Shown here in pieces: positions 9,096 to 17,797 of a stretch of 64,000 bases of DNA. Below the pieces are notes generated by a model, which worked only from the letters and a program-made list of their open reading frames with translations, was not told where the DNA came from and did no database searches. Origin of the DNA: a virus (taxonomy: Duplodnaviria; Caudoviricetes); IMG/VR virus record IMGVR_UViG_3300020349_000003; one strand, written 5' to 3'. The translations under genes and the position numbers were made by a program. How positions within the stretch are numbered: the stretch's first letter is position 1; each line of letters opens with the position of its first letter.

Positions 9096-9153
9096 ATTAT
9101 AAGGGATATTCAAGGGTAATGGGGTGAATAGTGGACAGTTTGAGATCTGTCAC
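9096..9153 (-). promoter_or_regulatory. Early promoter with upstream palindrome
   Basis: GTGACA-N10-TGTCCAC 9131-9153; TATAAT 9096-9101. Confidence 0.7.
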
Positions 9154-9347
9154 ACATTAATTGATATCATTACATCAGGTGCTAATGTAAGATATACTAA
9201 AGGTGGAAATGTTGGTTCAATATCAATAACCTCTAGTGAATTAGCAGGGAAATATCTACCATTAGAGTCATCATAAAAGGTGACTTCAGTGTTACTTTGT
9301 TCATCAGTTAACTTGCTTAAATGTTCTGCTAATTCTTTATATGTCAT
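9150..9347 (-). CDS. Early hypothetical protein
   Basis: MTYKELAEHLSKLTDEQ..., same N-terminal style as MTYLDLLTELQSF in 5345-5536. Confidence 0.55.
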   Translation of the reverse strand: MTYKELAEHLSKLTDEQSNTEVTFYDDSNGRYFPANSLEVIDIEPTFPPLVYLTLAPDVMISINV

Positions 9348-9490
9348 AGTTAGTATAATTTAACCTCTGCTCTTATATTTAAATGTTTAAAGTTTTCAAT
9401 ACAATCTAATGCTAATTGATATGTTTTAAATGATAAATGTCTGCACATAGATTCATTTTGGAACCAGTATCTAACAGTTGTGTTCATAAT

Positions 9491-9513
9491 AAAAAGGGGG
9501 GATATTATCCCCC
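9491..9513 (-). terminator. Rho-independent terminator
   Basis: GGGGATAATATCCCCCC plus TTTTT on the minus strand. Confidence 0.7.
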
Positions 9514-9531
9514 ATAAGTGTACATTTAGAA

Positions 9532-9633
9532 TTAAGAGTTTGCTATGAAGTCCTCAATGATTTGAACAACTTCTGCACTTGTTTGTGCATCTTCAAGTAG
9601 ATTGAATAGAGCAACTTCAGGATTAAATGCCAT
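9532..9633 (-). CDS. 33-aa acidic helical peptide (not in ORF track)
   Basis: MAFNPEVALFNLLEDAQTSAEVVQIIEDFIANS, followed by a terminator. Confidence 0.55.
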   Translation of the reverse strand: MAFNPEVALFNLLEDAQTSAEVVQIIEDFIANS

Positions 9634-9661
9634 GATTGTAGTAAAGAAAGGAACATCAAAT

Positions 9662-9687
9662 AGCAGTTTAGAGTCATACTTAGGACT
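9662..9687 (-). ncRNA. Candidate small H-type pseudoknot element
   Basis: AGTC CTAAGTAT GACT CTAAAC TGCT: stem AGTC/GACT, loop AGTA can pair with TGCT. Confidence 0.35.
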
Positions 9688-9696
9688 AAGGATTGA

Positions 9697-10026
9697 TTAT
9701 CTTATGTAAAGATAACCACCCGCCCAATCTGCTCTTGAATAACACTCTTGACGTTGAGAAATGATTCTTAAATCATATCTAACGTGCTTCGCTGGTGCTC
9801 TCCAAGATGCAGGTTTGTAAACTTCTCCAGTTTGCTTATCAATGAAGGCATGAACTCCTCCATCAACTTGATTAATCTTTATGTACTTACGACCAACCGA
9901 TGTCTCGAACTTTACAGGACTTGTAGAATCAGGGTAACGACTTGTGTAGTTTGCTTCAAGAGCATCTACCAAATCCATTGCCCACATTTCAACTCGTGCG
10001 GTTTGTGATAAGTTTGAGACTGTCAT
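9697..10026 (-). CDS. Early hypothetical protein
   Basis: GRKYIKI...VHAFIDKQTGEVYKPASWRAPAKHVRY...DWAGGYLY; start placed after the promoter. Confidence 0.7.
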   Translation of the reverse strand: MTVSNLSQTARVEMWAMDLVDALEANYTSRYPDSTSPVKFETSVGRKYIKINQVDGGVHAFIDKQTGEVYKPASWRAPAKHVRYDLRIISQRQECYSRADWAGGYLYIR

Positions 10027-10053
10027 AGAGGTGTCTTTGTTTGGTACTCTGTT

Positions 10054-10110
10054 ATTATAAGTCATTTTAGAGGCAGTGGGGAGAATAGTGTGCAGTTTGA
10101 GATCTGGCAC
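10054..10110 (-). promoter_or_regulatory. Early promoter with upstream palindrome
   Basis: GTGCCA-N10-TGCACAC 10088-10110; TATAAT 10054-10059. Confidence 0.7.
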
Positions 10111-10111
10111 A

Positions 10112-11359
10112 CTAGACGTATGCTCTTGGTGGAATACCCTCTATAAAGATATATGAAACAATAGATTTCAATCTATCTGCTATTCTCTTACCATACTTAC
10201 CAGTCATAGGTACAACTATTTGACCATGACTTTTATGGTATAAGTTATACTGACCAGCAGGTATCTTACCCTCCTTCATTGATACTCTATCCTTCTCATG
10301 TATCCTAATAACTCTACCTATTGTCTGTGCCATTTCAATGGTAGGTAGATTTCTAAGCATGATTGAATGAGTCAATCCAGGAACATTTATACCCTCTGAT
10401 AGTATAGAATAATGGAAGATTACGAACTTCTTAGTATCATCTTTGCCCCAATCTGTAAGGACTTGGAAGAACTTTTCTCTACCAACTTTCTTACCATTGA
10501 TAACAGCACCATGCTTAGATGTGATGTGCATGATGTTATAATCATGCTCTAATAACCATGACTGAATATCAGTTTGTGAGAGCATATTCCACATGATTCT
10601 TGTTGTTGGAGCACTCACAAGTACCTTTGGATTGTTATCAGTTATGCTAGTAAGTATGTCCTTTAAGTTATCACTATCAACCTCATGTGCGTTCTGTTTA
10701 GTACGCTCTCTATCGGTCTCAAATGGTATAACTTTAGGGTACAAGATAGTGCCACTATCTATTAACTCCTTAGCAGCAGTTTCTTCTAACTTCTCACCAT
10801 ATATCTCCGCATTATTCATACCACGTTCCGCACTAATACTATTCTTAGAACGTGAAATGCGTGGAGTAGCAGTAAAGAAGAAGCGTGGTATTTGAAACTT
10901 AGCAACTCTCTTTACTTGCTGAAAGAATACTTTGCTAGTGCCATTGTGTGCCTCATCAAAGTATATTCTATCGATATTTACACTACTATCTAATACTCTG
11001 TGGAGTGAATGATAGGTAGTAAATATCAACTTATCACTAGCATTATTACATGCCCAGTGTGTTAATTCTTCGTGTTTTGTGGTGCTAAAATGATGTGTTT
11101 CACCACTATGTACATGTGCTATTTGTACATTTGGAATAACAGATTCAAACTCATTAGATAATTGATTAGCAAGCAATATGCGTGGTGCTACTATAACAAT
11201 TGTCTGTGATTTGCGTGTAGTTTGTGATAATATTCTATCGCAATCTGCTATCATAATGAATGTTTTACCACCACCAGTAGGTATAATAATCTGACCACAA
11301 TCTGCTGCGGTCATGTTATCATAAGCACGTCTTTGGTGTGGTCTCAATGTGTCTTTCAA
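10112..11359 (-). CDS. SF2 DEAH helicase/ATPase (ResIII-like)
   Basis: PTGGGKT, DEAH, FTATP, SEGINVP and QTIGRVIR motifs. Confidence 0.9.
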   Translation of the reverse strand: MKDTLRPHQRRAYDNMTAADCGQIIIPTGGGKTFIMIADCDRILSQTTRKSQTIVIVAPRILLANQLSNEFESVIPNVQIAHVHSGETHHFSTTKHEELTHWACNNASDKLIFTTYHSLHRVLDSSVNIDRIYFDEAHNGTSKVFFQQVKRVAKFQIPRFFFTATPRISRSKNSISAERGMNNAEIYGEKLEETAAKELIDSGTILYPKVIPFETDRERTKQNAHEVDSDNLKDILTSITDNNPKVLVSAPTTRIMWNMLSQTDIQSWLLEHDYNIMHITSKHGAVINGKKVGREKFFQVLTDWGKDDTKKFVIFHYSILSEGINVPGLTHSIMLRNLPTIEMAQTIGRVIRIHEKDRVSMKEGKIPAGQYNLYHKSHGQIVVPMTGKYGKRIADRLKSIVSYIFIEGIPPRAYV

Positions 11360-11383
11360 AGATTCATTTTAAAGGACATTATC

Positions 11384-11442
11384 ATTATAAACAAAAAAAC
11401 CACCCTTGTGGGGTGGTTGTGTGCAGGTTTGTTGACTGTCAC
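11384..11442 (-). promoter_or_regulatory. Early promoter with palindrome and embedded terminator hairpin
   Basis: GTGACA...CTGCACAC 11419-11442; ACCACCC/GGGTGGT hairpin plus T-run; TATAAT 11384-11389. Confidence 0.65.
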
Positions 11443-11443
11443 A

Positions 11444-11728
11444 CTAAGCGGTTACTCCTGTCTCTTTTAGAATTAGTTTAACAAATCCCTCAAGATATAC
11501 TAGAGGAAGTATTACTAACTCAAGACCATTTAACTCGGTTAGGTTTCTTCTTTTCACATCAACTTTCACTTCTTGTTTAACAGTTTCAGTCACAATAGGG
11601 TCTCCATTGAGTTTAGTTTCGACTGTTGTATTTAGTGGAGTTGGTGTTACTTTCTTTGCAGTTGCCTTGCGTGTTCTTCTCTTACGTGGTGTTGTAGTTG
11701 AAGACTTACGAGGTGTTGCAGTTGGCAT
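11444..11728 (-). CDS. Hypothetical protein with a basic Thr/Lys/Arg-rich N-terminus
   Basis: TPRKRRTRKATAKK; has its own early promoter. Confidence 0.6.
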   Translation of the reverse strand: MPTATPRKSSTTTPRKRRTRKATAKKVTPTPLNTTVETKLNGDPIVTETVKQEVKVDVKRRNLTELNGLELVILPLVYLEGFVKLILKETGVTA

Positions 11729-11777
11729 AGATTAAGAAATCAAATGAATAATGTGTTGAGGATGTCTCAACAATACT

Positions 11778-11835
11778 ATTATACATCATTCAGCAGTGTT
11801 GTCAGTGGGTTGTGTGCCTCTTTGTCAGTTGGCAC
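11778..11835 (-). promoter_or_regulatory. Early promoter with palindrome (inside the MTase 3' end)
   Basis: GTGCCA-N10-AGGCAC 11814-11835; TATAAT 11778-11783. Confidence 0.65.
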
Positions 11836-12741
11836 ATGGTATTCTCTCACTCTCTCCTCTATTAAATGACCATAATCCTCATGCAATTCACACCCTAAGT
11901 AATACCTACCTAATGATTTTGCCACTGCTGCTGTTGTACCACTACCCATAAATGGGTCGAGTACAATATCATTTAGTGCTGAACCTGCTTTGATACATGG
12001 TTCAATTAATTCAGGTGGGAAAGTAGCAAAATGAGCACCCTTATATGGTTTCTTAGTTATACTCCATACACTACGTTTGTTCTTTGTTGGATATGATTTA
12101 GTGAGACCAGTATGAGGTGATAAACCTGTACCTTCATTGTGATATTTGCCTTTAGATCTATCACGAGTTCCCCAATCTTTAGCAGGTTCTTTAATAGAAT
12201 CATTATCATAATAGTAGTTCTTATTCTTACTTAAGAGGAAGATATACTCATGTGCTTTTGTACATCTATCTCTTACACTTTCGGGCATTGGGTTAGGTTT
12301 ATGCCATATAATATCTTGCCTTAAGTACCATCCATCTGCCCTCAATGCAAATGCCAACATCCAAGGAATACCAATTAAATCTTTCTCTTTATATCCTTTT
12401 AGTTTGTTAGATCTACGAGGTGTAGTTACAGGTAAATCTTGTCTATTATTAGAGAATGTTTGTTTAGGGATACATCCATCTTTCCTATAATTATAATAAC
12501 TATCACCAATATTCAACCACAATGTACCATCATCAGTCAATACATTTCTAACTTCTCTGAACACATTAACCATCTCGTTAACATATTCTTCTGGTGATTG
12601 TTCTTGTCCTATTTGATTGTCTTCTCCTCCATAATCTCTTAGTCCGTAATATGGTGGTGATGTTACACACATCCTCGCACTATTTGGTAAGAACGCTGAT
12701 AACGTCTTACGACAATCTCCAAATAAAATTGTGTCTTTCAT
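11779..12741 (-). CDS. DNA N4-cytosine/N6-adenine methyltransferase (beta class)
   Basis: Catalytic TSPPY precedes the SAM-binding LDPFMGSGTT; HFATFP. Confidence 0.92.
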   Translation of the reverse strand: MKDTILFGDCRKTLSAFLPNSARMCVTSPPYYGLRDYGGEDNQIGQEQSPEEYVNEMVNVFREVRNVLTDDGTLWLNIGDSYYNYRKDGCIPKQTFSNNRQDLPVTTPRRSNKLKGYKEKDLIGIPWMLAFALRADGWYLRQDIIWHKPNPMPESVRDRCTKAHEYIFLLSKNKNYYYDNDSIKEPAKDWGTRDRSKGKYHNEGTGLSPHTGLTKSYPTKNKRSVWSITKKPYKGAHFATFPPELIEPCIKAGSALNDIVLDPFMGSGTTAAVAKSLGRYYLGCELHEDYGHLIEERVREYHVPTDKEAHNPLTTLLNDV

Positions 12742-12805
12742 GTGCCTATTATACATTAAAAAAGAGGGTTTTGCAACCCTCTTTTACGCAATTTGTCATT
12801 TAGTC

Positions 12806-12967
12806 CTATACCATAAGTATTTCCTTACATACCCTCCTACAACTAGATTGACTGTCCTCACAATCTATTAAACATTCAAAATAGTCATCTAATAATTCTT
12901 CTTCTTGTGTAGGAACTACACTATGGTTCCACGATGCCATTTGATTGTGGGATATTGACCTGGACAT
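12806..12967 (-). CDS. 53-aa Cys-containing peptide (not in ORF track)
   Basis: MSRSISHNQMASW...DDYFECLIDCEDSQSSCRRVCKEILMV; GGAGG RBS; TATAAATA late promoter at 13045-13052. Confidence 0.7.
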   Translation of the reverse strand: MSRSISHNQMASWNHSVVPTQEEELLDDYFECLIDCEDSQSSCRRVCKEILMV

Positions 12968-13080
12968 AAATTAACCTCCATCTAACATTGTTTTCATAAT
13001 AAATAACGGTTTTGGTTACATCTTGTGCCTTAATTCTACGTTACTATTTATACTTGTGTTATGATATTCACACGTATTAG

Positions 13081-13719
13081 TTAATACAATTTAACCCAAT
13101 TTCTATCTTCAAAGTAATCATCTGCGTCATAAGTTCTATGATTTGCTAATGGGAAACTTACAGATAATCTAACTGTATTAGATGTTGCTTTATGAGGATA
13201 ATTCTTTGGTATCCATATTGTATCTCCTGGTTTCATATTAACATCTATAATTGGTTCATCTTTAATATCCATTAAGTATCTTTGTTGTCTAGTATCTGTT
13301 ACTTCATCCCACACTTTCCAATTAGTTTCACCTTCACATTGAACTATAACATTATCATTATAGTCAAAATGTGTACCAAAATGATGTTTAATAGATGTAT
13401 TCATACAGATATAAATGTGTGCATCTGCCTGTAATCTATACTCCTTCTCTATCATTTTAGCGAACTCATTTATCTTCTTAGTAGATCTCGACATGTCTGC
13501 AATAAAGACAATATAGTTATCTAACACCTCCCTAATTAATGAAGGTGGTAAACAACTATAGTCTTTAGTCCATTCAGTATTTTGCCATTTAAGACCAGGT
13601 TCGTCACCCAATATATTAACTCTACTGGCAGACATTAATGGTCTTATGTTAATTAAATACTCTAATTCTTTCCAACTAAAAAGACTATCCCAATACGATT
13701 GTTCATAATGTGGTTTCAT
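13081..13719 (-). CDS. JmjC/cupin 2OG-Fe(II) oxygenase
   Basis: HFD...VQCEGETNWKVW...PGDTIWIPKNYPH. Confidence 0.8.
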   Translation of the reverse strand: MKPHYEQSYWDSLFSWKELEYLINIRPLMSASRVNILGDEPGLKWQNTEWTKDYSCLPPSLIREVLDNYIVFIADMSRSTKKINEFAKMIEKEYRLQADAHIYICMNTSIKHHFGTHFDYNDNVIVQCEGETNWKVWDEVTDTRQQRYLMDIKDEPIIDVNMKPGDTIWIPKNYPHKATSNTVRLSVSFPLANHRTYDADDYFEDRNWVKLY

Positions 13720-14125
13720 CTTTCTTCTTATCTTTTGAAGGATAGACTGATTTAACTATACCATAACTAACACTACCACCAAGAGTAAGTATTAATATTG
13801 GTAACCAATATTCAGCAATTAATATTACTCCTACACCAATAGGAAGTAATGCTAAGATACCTAATCCATTACCTTGAGTATTATTAAATGCCCATTCAAA
13901 TGCAGTTGGTCCAGTGTATCTGGTTCTTTCTGCATGACGTTCAAATTGATTGAAGTCATTAGATTGTTGATTCATTGGACCTTTATACAATACTCGAAGT
14001 ACCTCTTGACCGTACATATTCTCAGCAACAGATTGTGCTTCTGATTCATACATACAATCCTCAATGATAACGGTACGATTGTGACCGTTATCCCTTGCTA
14101 GTAATACTTCCCATTTGTTAGTCAT
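13703..14125 (-). CDS. Hypothetical membrane protein
   Basis: Hydrophobic C-terminal segments. Confidence 0.6.
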   Translation of the reverse strand: MTNKWEVLLARDNGHNRTVIIEDCMYESEAQSVAENMYGQEVLRVLYKGPMNQQSNDFNQFERHAERTRYTGPTAFEWAFNNTQGNGLGILALLPIGVGVILIAEYWLPILILTLGGSVSYGIVKSVYPSKDKKKDETTL

Positions 14126-14421
14126 AGGTTTGATAATACATCATAAAGAGCATCCGATTCAGTTCCTATTACTGAAGAAACCCAATCATCTTCTTGCTCT
14201 TGACAATTGTCATAATTCTCATCATATTGAACTGATGGAATGAATAGTTTCTTAGTCATAACCAAAACCTCGGTTGCTAATTTGTCTTGTTTTTTCCCTC
14301 TCATTCAATAGTTTTTGAAGAGAGGTCTTTAGTTTGATGAGTTCTTCATCATTGTAAAGATGTGACTGCTTAAGTGCCTTTCGGATGTACTTAATTTGCA
14401 GTTTGTCGGAGAAGAATTTCC

Positions 14422-14979
14422 TCATGCCTTTAGTATAAGAGATTGAATAGGATTTGTGGTCAGATCTTGTGACACTTTATTGAATGGCACATACAATGTA
14501 CCATACTTACCAAATACTTCATTGAAGTGGGTAATATCATCACCAAGATATATTATAGCAGATTGAAATGGTGATGCACTCTTAGCATCACCAAATCTCA
14601 TGCGTTTGTTAATAGCAATCCAAGGATAATTGCAACATGATTTCCACCATTTAGTAGATACATCTAGTTTAATTAATAACACTAACTCCTTAGCATTTCC
14701 CTGTTCATATTGTGATACAGCGTATGGAATCCATTCCTTACTATTACTATAAGGATGATTAACAAACACTTTACCATGCCATTTATGTAATAAACCATCA
14801 TCACTTTCATCATAATAGTTATTAGCAGGTACATTAGGATTGTCCTTACTATTACAACATGGGTCGAGGTCAATCGTACCAAAGAACTTAACAACATCTC
14901 CTACAAAATCAGTAGGAGTGTTCCATTTATCAGTACGATTACCAGTCGTTTGTGTTAATGCTTGAAGAGCAGTTGTCAT
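14422..14979 (-). CDS. Phage-type DNA N6-adenine methyltransferase (Dam-like, NHPY variant)
   Basis: WNTP, F..IDLDPC, DGL..W.G.VF.NHPYS, ASPFQSAIIY. Confidence 0.8.
   Translation of the reverse strand: MTTALQALTQTTGNRTDKWNTPTDFVGDVVKFFGTIDLDPCCNSKDNPNVPANNYYDESDDGLLHKWHGKVFVNHPYSNSKEWIPYAVSQYEQGNAKELVLLIKLDVSTKWWKSCCNYPWIAINKRMRFGDAKSASPFQSAIIYLGDDITHFNEVFGKYGTLYVPFNKVSQDLTTNPIQSLILKA
14432..14490 (-). promoter_or_regulatory. Early promoter with palindrome
   Basis: GTGCCA-N10-TGTCAC 14469-14490; TATACT 14432-14437. Confidence 0.65.
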
Positions 14980-15984
14980 TTAATCAATAACTAAATTGTA
15001 TTTTTTAAGTAATTCTTCACCTATAGATGTAGAATTAGGGTCATCATTATGTTCTTTAATGATACGCAATGCACCAACAATTCCTGTTGTAGAACCAGAG
15101 ATACCTTCATACCATGTAGTTCTCTTTTTAAGGATTAACTTGTTATCAATGTAATCATTGATAGATACTAACTTCTCTTTAGCACCACCTCCTATCTTAG
15201 CATCTTTAATGAATTTGTAAAGTGTTGATAGAATAATAACCATATCACTACGAATAGCAGTTACTATTTTCTTTTGATTCTTTGGTTGTCTCCAATTCTG
15301 GTGTTCTTGTAGTTGAACTAACTTAGCACATGCCTTAGATACTATGGATACACCAAATTTGTTAATTGCTTGCCTCCATTGATACTCTCCAGTCATGGGA
15401 CATCCTGATTCATCACCAAGATAATCATATCCATCAATGTAAACACCACATTCAACTAGATTATCATTATATTTAACAGCATCAGGCAATCCAAATGCCA
15501 AACCTGCTTTCATTTTATCTACATGAGTTGGGTCTTTACGATTGTTATTTAAAGCATAGAATATTGCTGCTTCTATTTCTATACAATCATCAAGAGATCT
15601 ATGTGGGGGATGTTCAATAAAAAGACATGGAAGAAGTTCGGGATCACCTCCTTCTGTTGCTGCTAGGTCTAATATTGCTGTATGTTGTCCATCAACATCA
15701 ACAAGTTTGCCATTAGGTCTAATTGCAACAATTAAAGGTCTTGCAAAGTGTCTTTGAAAACTTCCATAAATGTTGAGTTGTAGAGTTGAAATTAATCGTT
15801 GTACTCTACGAGATACAAATAATTTTCGAGGGTCTACTTGACCTGCTTTTAACCAATCACCAAAAATTCCTTTTTCAATTTTTAGTTTTGATTTTATGTC
15901 ATTAAAAATCGAGGTCAACGACACTAAGTCATCATCCTCGTCATTAAAATCTTCTGGACCTTCTAGGTACGGTATAGTTGTCAT
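14980..15984 (-). CDS. ParB/Srx-like N-terminal domain protein (DGQH motif)
   Basis: LFVSRRVQRL...PLIVAIRPNG...VDGQHT...EAAIFYALN. Confidence 0.6.
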   Translation of the reverse strand: MTTIPYLEGPEDFNDEDDDLVSLTSIFNDIKSKLKIEKGIFGDWLKAGQVDPRKLFVSRRVQRLISTLQLNIYGSFQRHFARPLIVAIRPNGKLVDVDGQHTAILDLAATEGGDPELLPCLFIEHPPHRSLDDCIEIEAAIFYALNNNRKDPTHVDKMKAGLAFGLPDAVKYNDNLVECGVYIDGYDYLGDESGCPMTGEYQWRQAINKFGVSIVSKACAKLVQLQEHQNWRQPKNQKKIVTAIRSDMVIILSTLYKFIKDAKIGGGAKEKLVSINDYIDNKLILKKRTTWYEGISGSTTGIVGALRIIKEHNDDPNSTSIGEELLKKYNLVID

Positions 15985-16055
15985 ATTCGTGACTATGTAA
16001 ACGGTTGGGTCGTTAGTTTAATGACGTGGAACAATTTCCTTTGCGGTCAGTAGTA

Positions 16056-16084
16056 ATTATATAAGATAAATCAAAAAATGTCAA
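16056..16084 (-). promoter_or_regulatory. Perfect sigma70 promoter
   Basis: TTGACA-17 bp-TATAAT. Confidence 0.8.
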
Positions 16085-16109
16085 TAATATTATAAATCTT
16101 CAACATTTC

Positions 16110-16718
16110 TTAATCAAATAATAACTTCTCAAACTTTGTTGTTAGATAAAATCCCATGTACTTATTCTTTAGTTGCTGACCATTATATACTAATGGAGTG
16201 TACTTACCTGTTTTCTTATTCGGACTTGCTTTAGTTCTAATTTGTAATAGTTTGTTAACTCCATTCTTATCTCTAGGTCCATTAAATGTTCTTAATTGTT
16301 CACCATTATTATATGCTGAACGAACACAATCACTAATGTAATCCCAATCTTCAGATAATTTATCAAATATCAAAGGATGTGTATATCTATTGAAAATAAG
16401 ATCTCTATCAAACTTATCGTCTTTAGTGAATCTAATAAACCAGCAATTACTTAACTTTGTAAATACTTTACTCTGTTTAAATGATACTCCATTAATCAGT
16501 TCATCTAAAACATGTAATAATTGAGTAACAGCAATAGTTTGTCTTGATTTAAATGATTTACCTTCACCATCATCAAAATCAAGTAGACCAGAGCATAAGT
16601 CTTTACCTAATAGTTGTTCAAGTTCTTGTCCTCTCTTGCCTTTGTTTTTACCATCATAGTTAGGTATCAAACTTTTATCAAGAGAGTCAAACTTAGATTT
16701 CGCTTCTCGAAGTAACAT
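16110..16718 (-). CDS. MutH/Sau3AI-family PD-(D/E)xK endonuclease
   Basis: NKGKRGQELEQLLG...LDFDDGEGKS, later EDWDYI and LLQIRTK...GFYLTTKF; start trimmed to MLLREAK. Confidence 0.7.
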   Translation of the reverse strand: MLLREAKSKFDSLDKSLIPNYDGKNKGKRGQELEQLLGKDLCSGLLDFDDGEGKSFKSRQTIAVTQLLHVLDELINGVSFKQSKVFTKLSNCWFIRFTKDDKFDRDLIFNRYTHPLIFDKLSEDWDYISDCVRSAYNNGEQLRTFNGPRDKNGVNKLLQIRTKASPNKKTGKYTPLVYNGQQLKNKYMGFYLTTKFEKLLFD

Positions 16719-16739
16719 GACAATAATAAAATAGCTAGC

Positions 16740-16892
16740 GGATGTTAGTTCTTTCTTCGGTTGCGAACCGAGAGGCACATCCATCTCCTCGTTAATAGGT
16801 GAGCGAAAACAAAACTGAGAGACATTGCATTACCCCAACAGTCATGTGACTGCTTCTAAGTCAGTCTAGTCGGGAACTCGTTTGTTTTCGCT
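16740..16892 (-). ncRNA. Candidate two-domain structured RNA (leader or sRNA)
   Basis: Perfect 12-bp stem AGCGAAAACAAA/TTTGTTTTCGCT with nested stems; second hairpin GGATGT...CGGTT CGC AACCG...ACATCC; begins at the predicted TSS. Confidence 0.6.
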
Positions 16893-16897
16893 TCTCT

Positions 16898-16954
16898 ATT
16901 ATAATAGATCTCGTTGCCTTGTGTCAACTAGGTGGACAGTTTACTCACTGCCAT
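16898..16954 (-). promoter_or_regulatory. Early promoter with palindrome
   Basis: ATGGCA-N10-TGTCCAC 16932-16954; TTGACA 16922-16927; TATAAT 16898-16903. Confidence 0.75.
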
Positions 16955-17147
16955 ATCCTAAATGCAATTTCTGTATCATACCCTCAAGTTGATACCTCAC
17001 CTCCTGATATGCTTCAGCAGTTAGTATCTTCTCTTTCTTTGCTTTAACTTCCAACTCTTTAATATATGATAAGAAAGCATCTTTTAACAGTTGTTTCTCT
17101 CTATCATTTAATAGTATGCACTCAGGCAATTCGATGTCCATCGTCAA
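16941..17147 (-). CDS. Hypothetical protein
   Basis: 68 aa, overlaps the upstream gene by 4 nt. Confidence 0.5.
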   Translation of the reverse strand: MTMDIELPECILLNDREKQLLKDAFLSYIKELEVKAKKEKILTAEAYQEVRYQLEGMIQKLHLGYGSE

Positions 17148-17449
17148 TACTCCCTTTTGTCTGCATAATAATCACCCAATGCACCACTCATTAGAGTTTC
17201 ACTAATATCACCGTTAGGTGTACTAATAGTTGGTTCAATGTGATTATTCTTTTTACCAAATGCTAATGGTGGAGTATGTGGATTAGACATATTCCCCACC
17301 AGTTCAATTACTTGCTCACGTATCTCAAGTAATTCGTGATAACACTTTTGATTGTGGGCACATCCCCTCAATCTATCATCAGGTTTATGTAAAGACTCCA
17401 ACATAAGAGTCTTACCACGTTCCCACTTTTCTTGTTTAGTTTCAGTCAT
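17144..17449 (-). CDS. Hypothetical protein
   Basis: ESLHKPDDRLRGCAHNQKCY motif. Confidence 0.6.
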   Translation of the reverse strand: MTETKQEKWERGKTLMLESLHKPDDRLRGCAHNQKCYHELLEIREQVIELVGNMSNPHTPPLAFGKKNNHIEPTISTPNGDISETLMSGALGDYYADKREY

Positions 17450-17797
17450 TAACTCTGAGTTGTGTATTCTATTTCTACTCCATCAAATGAAGCATCATCA
17501 TACTCTAGGTCTGGGTTGGTGTCTTCATAAAATGTTTCGGGGAATAAACCATGAGATTGATTAGATACATCAACTCCTGGTATTTTACTTACCTTGTCCA
17601 TTTTTCTTCCTCATAATTATTAGGTTTAGGTTTAGAACGATTGTTGTCATCTCTAAATTCAGAACGATTAAGTCCCCTTTGACGCTTATCTCGTAGTGAT
17701 TTACCTGGAGAAGAGTATCCTCTTTCTGAACCACCACGCCTATAAGTTTTGCCCATGTGTCTGAAAATTCACATTTACTGAACTACAAATTATATAT

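Noticed and set aside
16755-16775. GGTTCGCAACC as a tRNA T-arm
   Set aside because: No cloverleaf or acceptor stem; I found no tRNA gene in the window by eye
16719-16784. N-terminal extension of the MutH-like ORF given in the ORF track
   Set aside because: It runs through a strong RNA hairpin and the domain starts near MLLREAK; not fully excluded, because a GAGGAG precedes the upstream ATG
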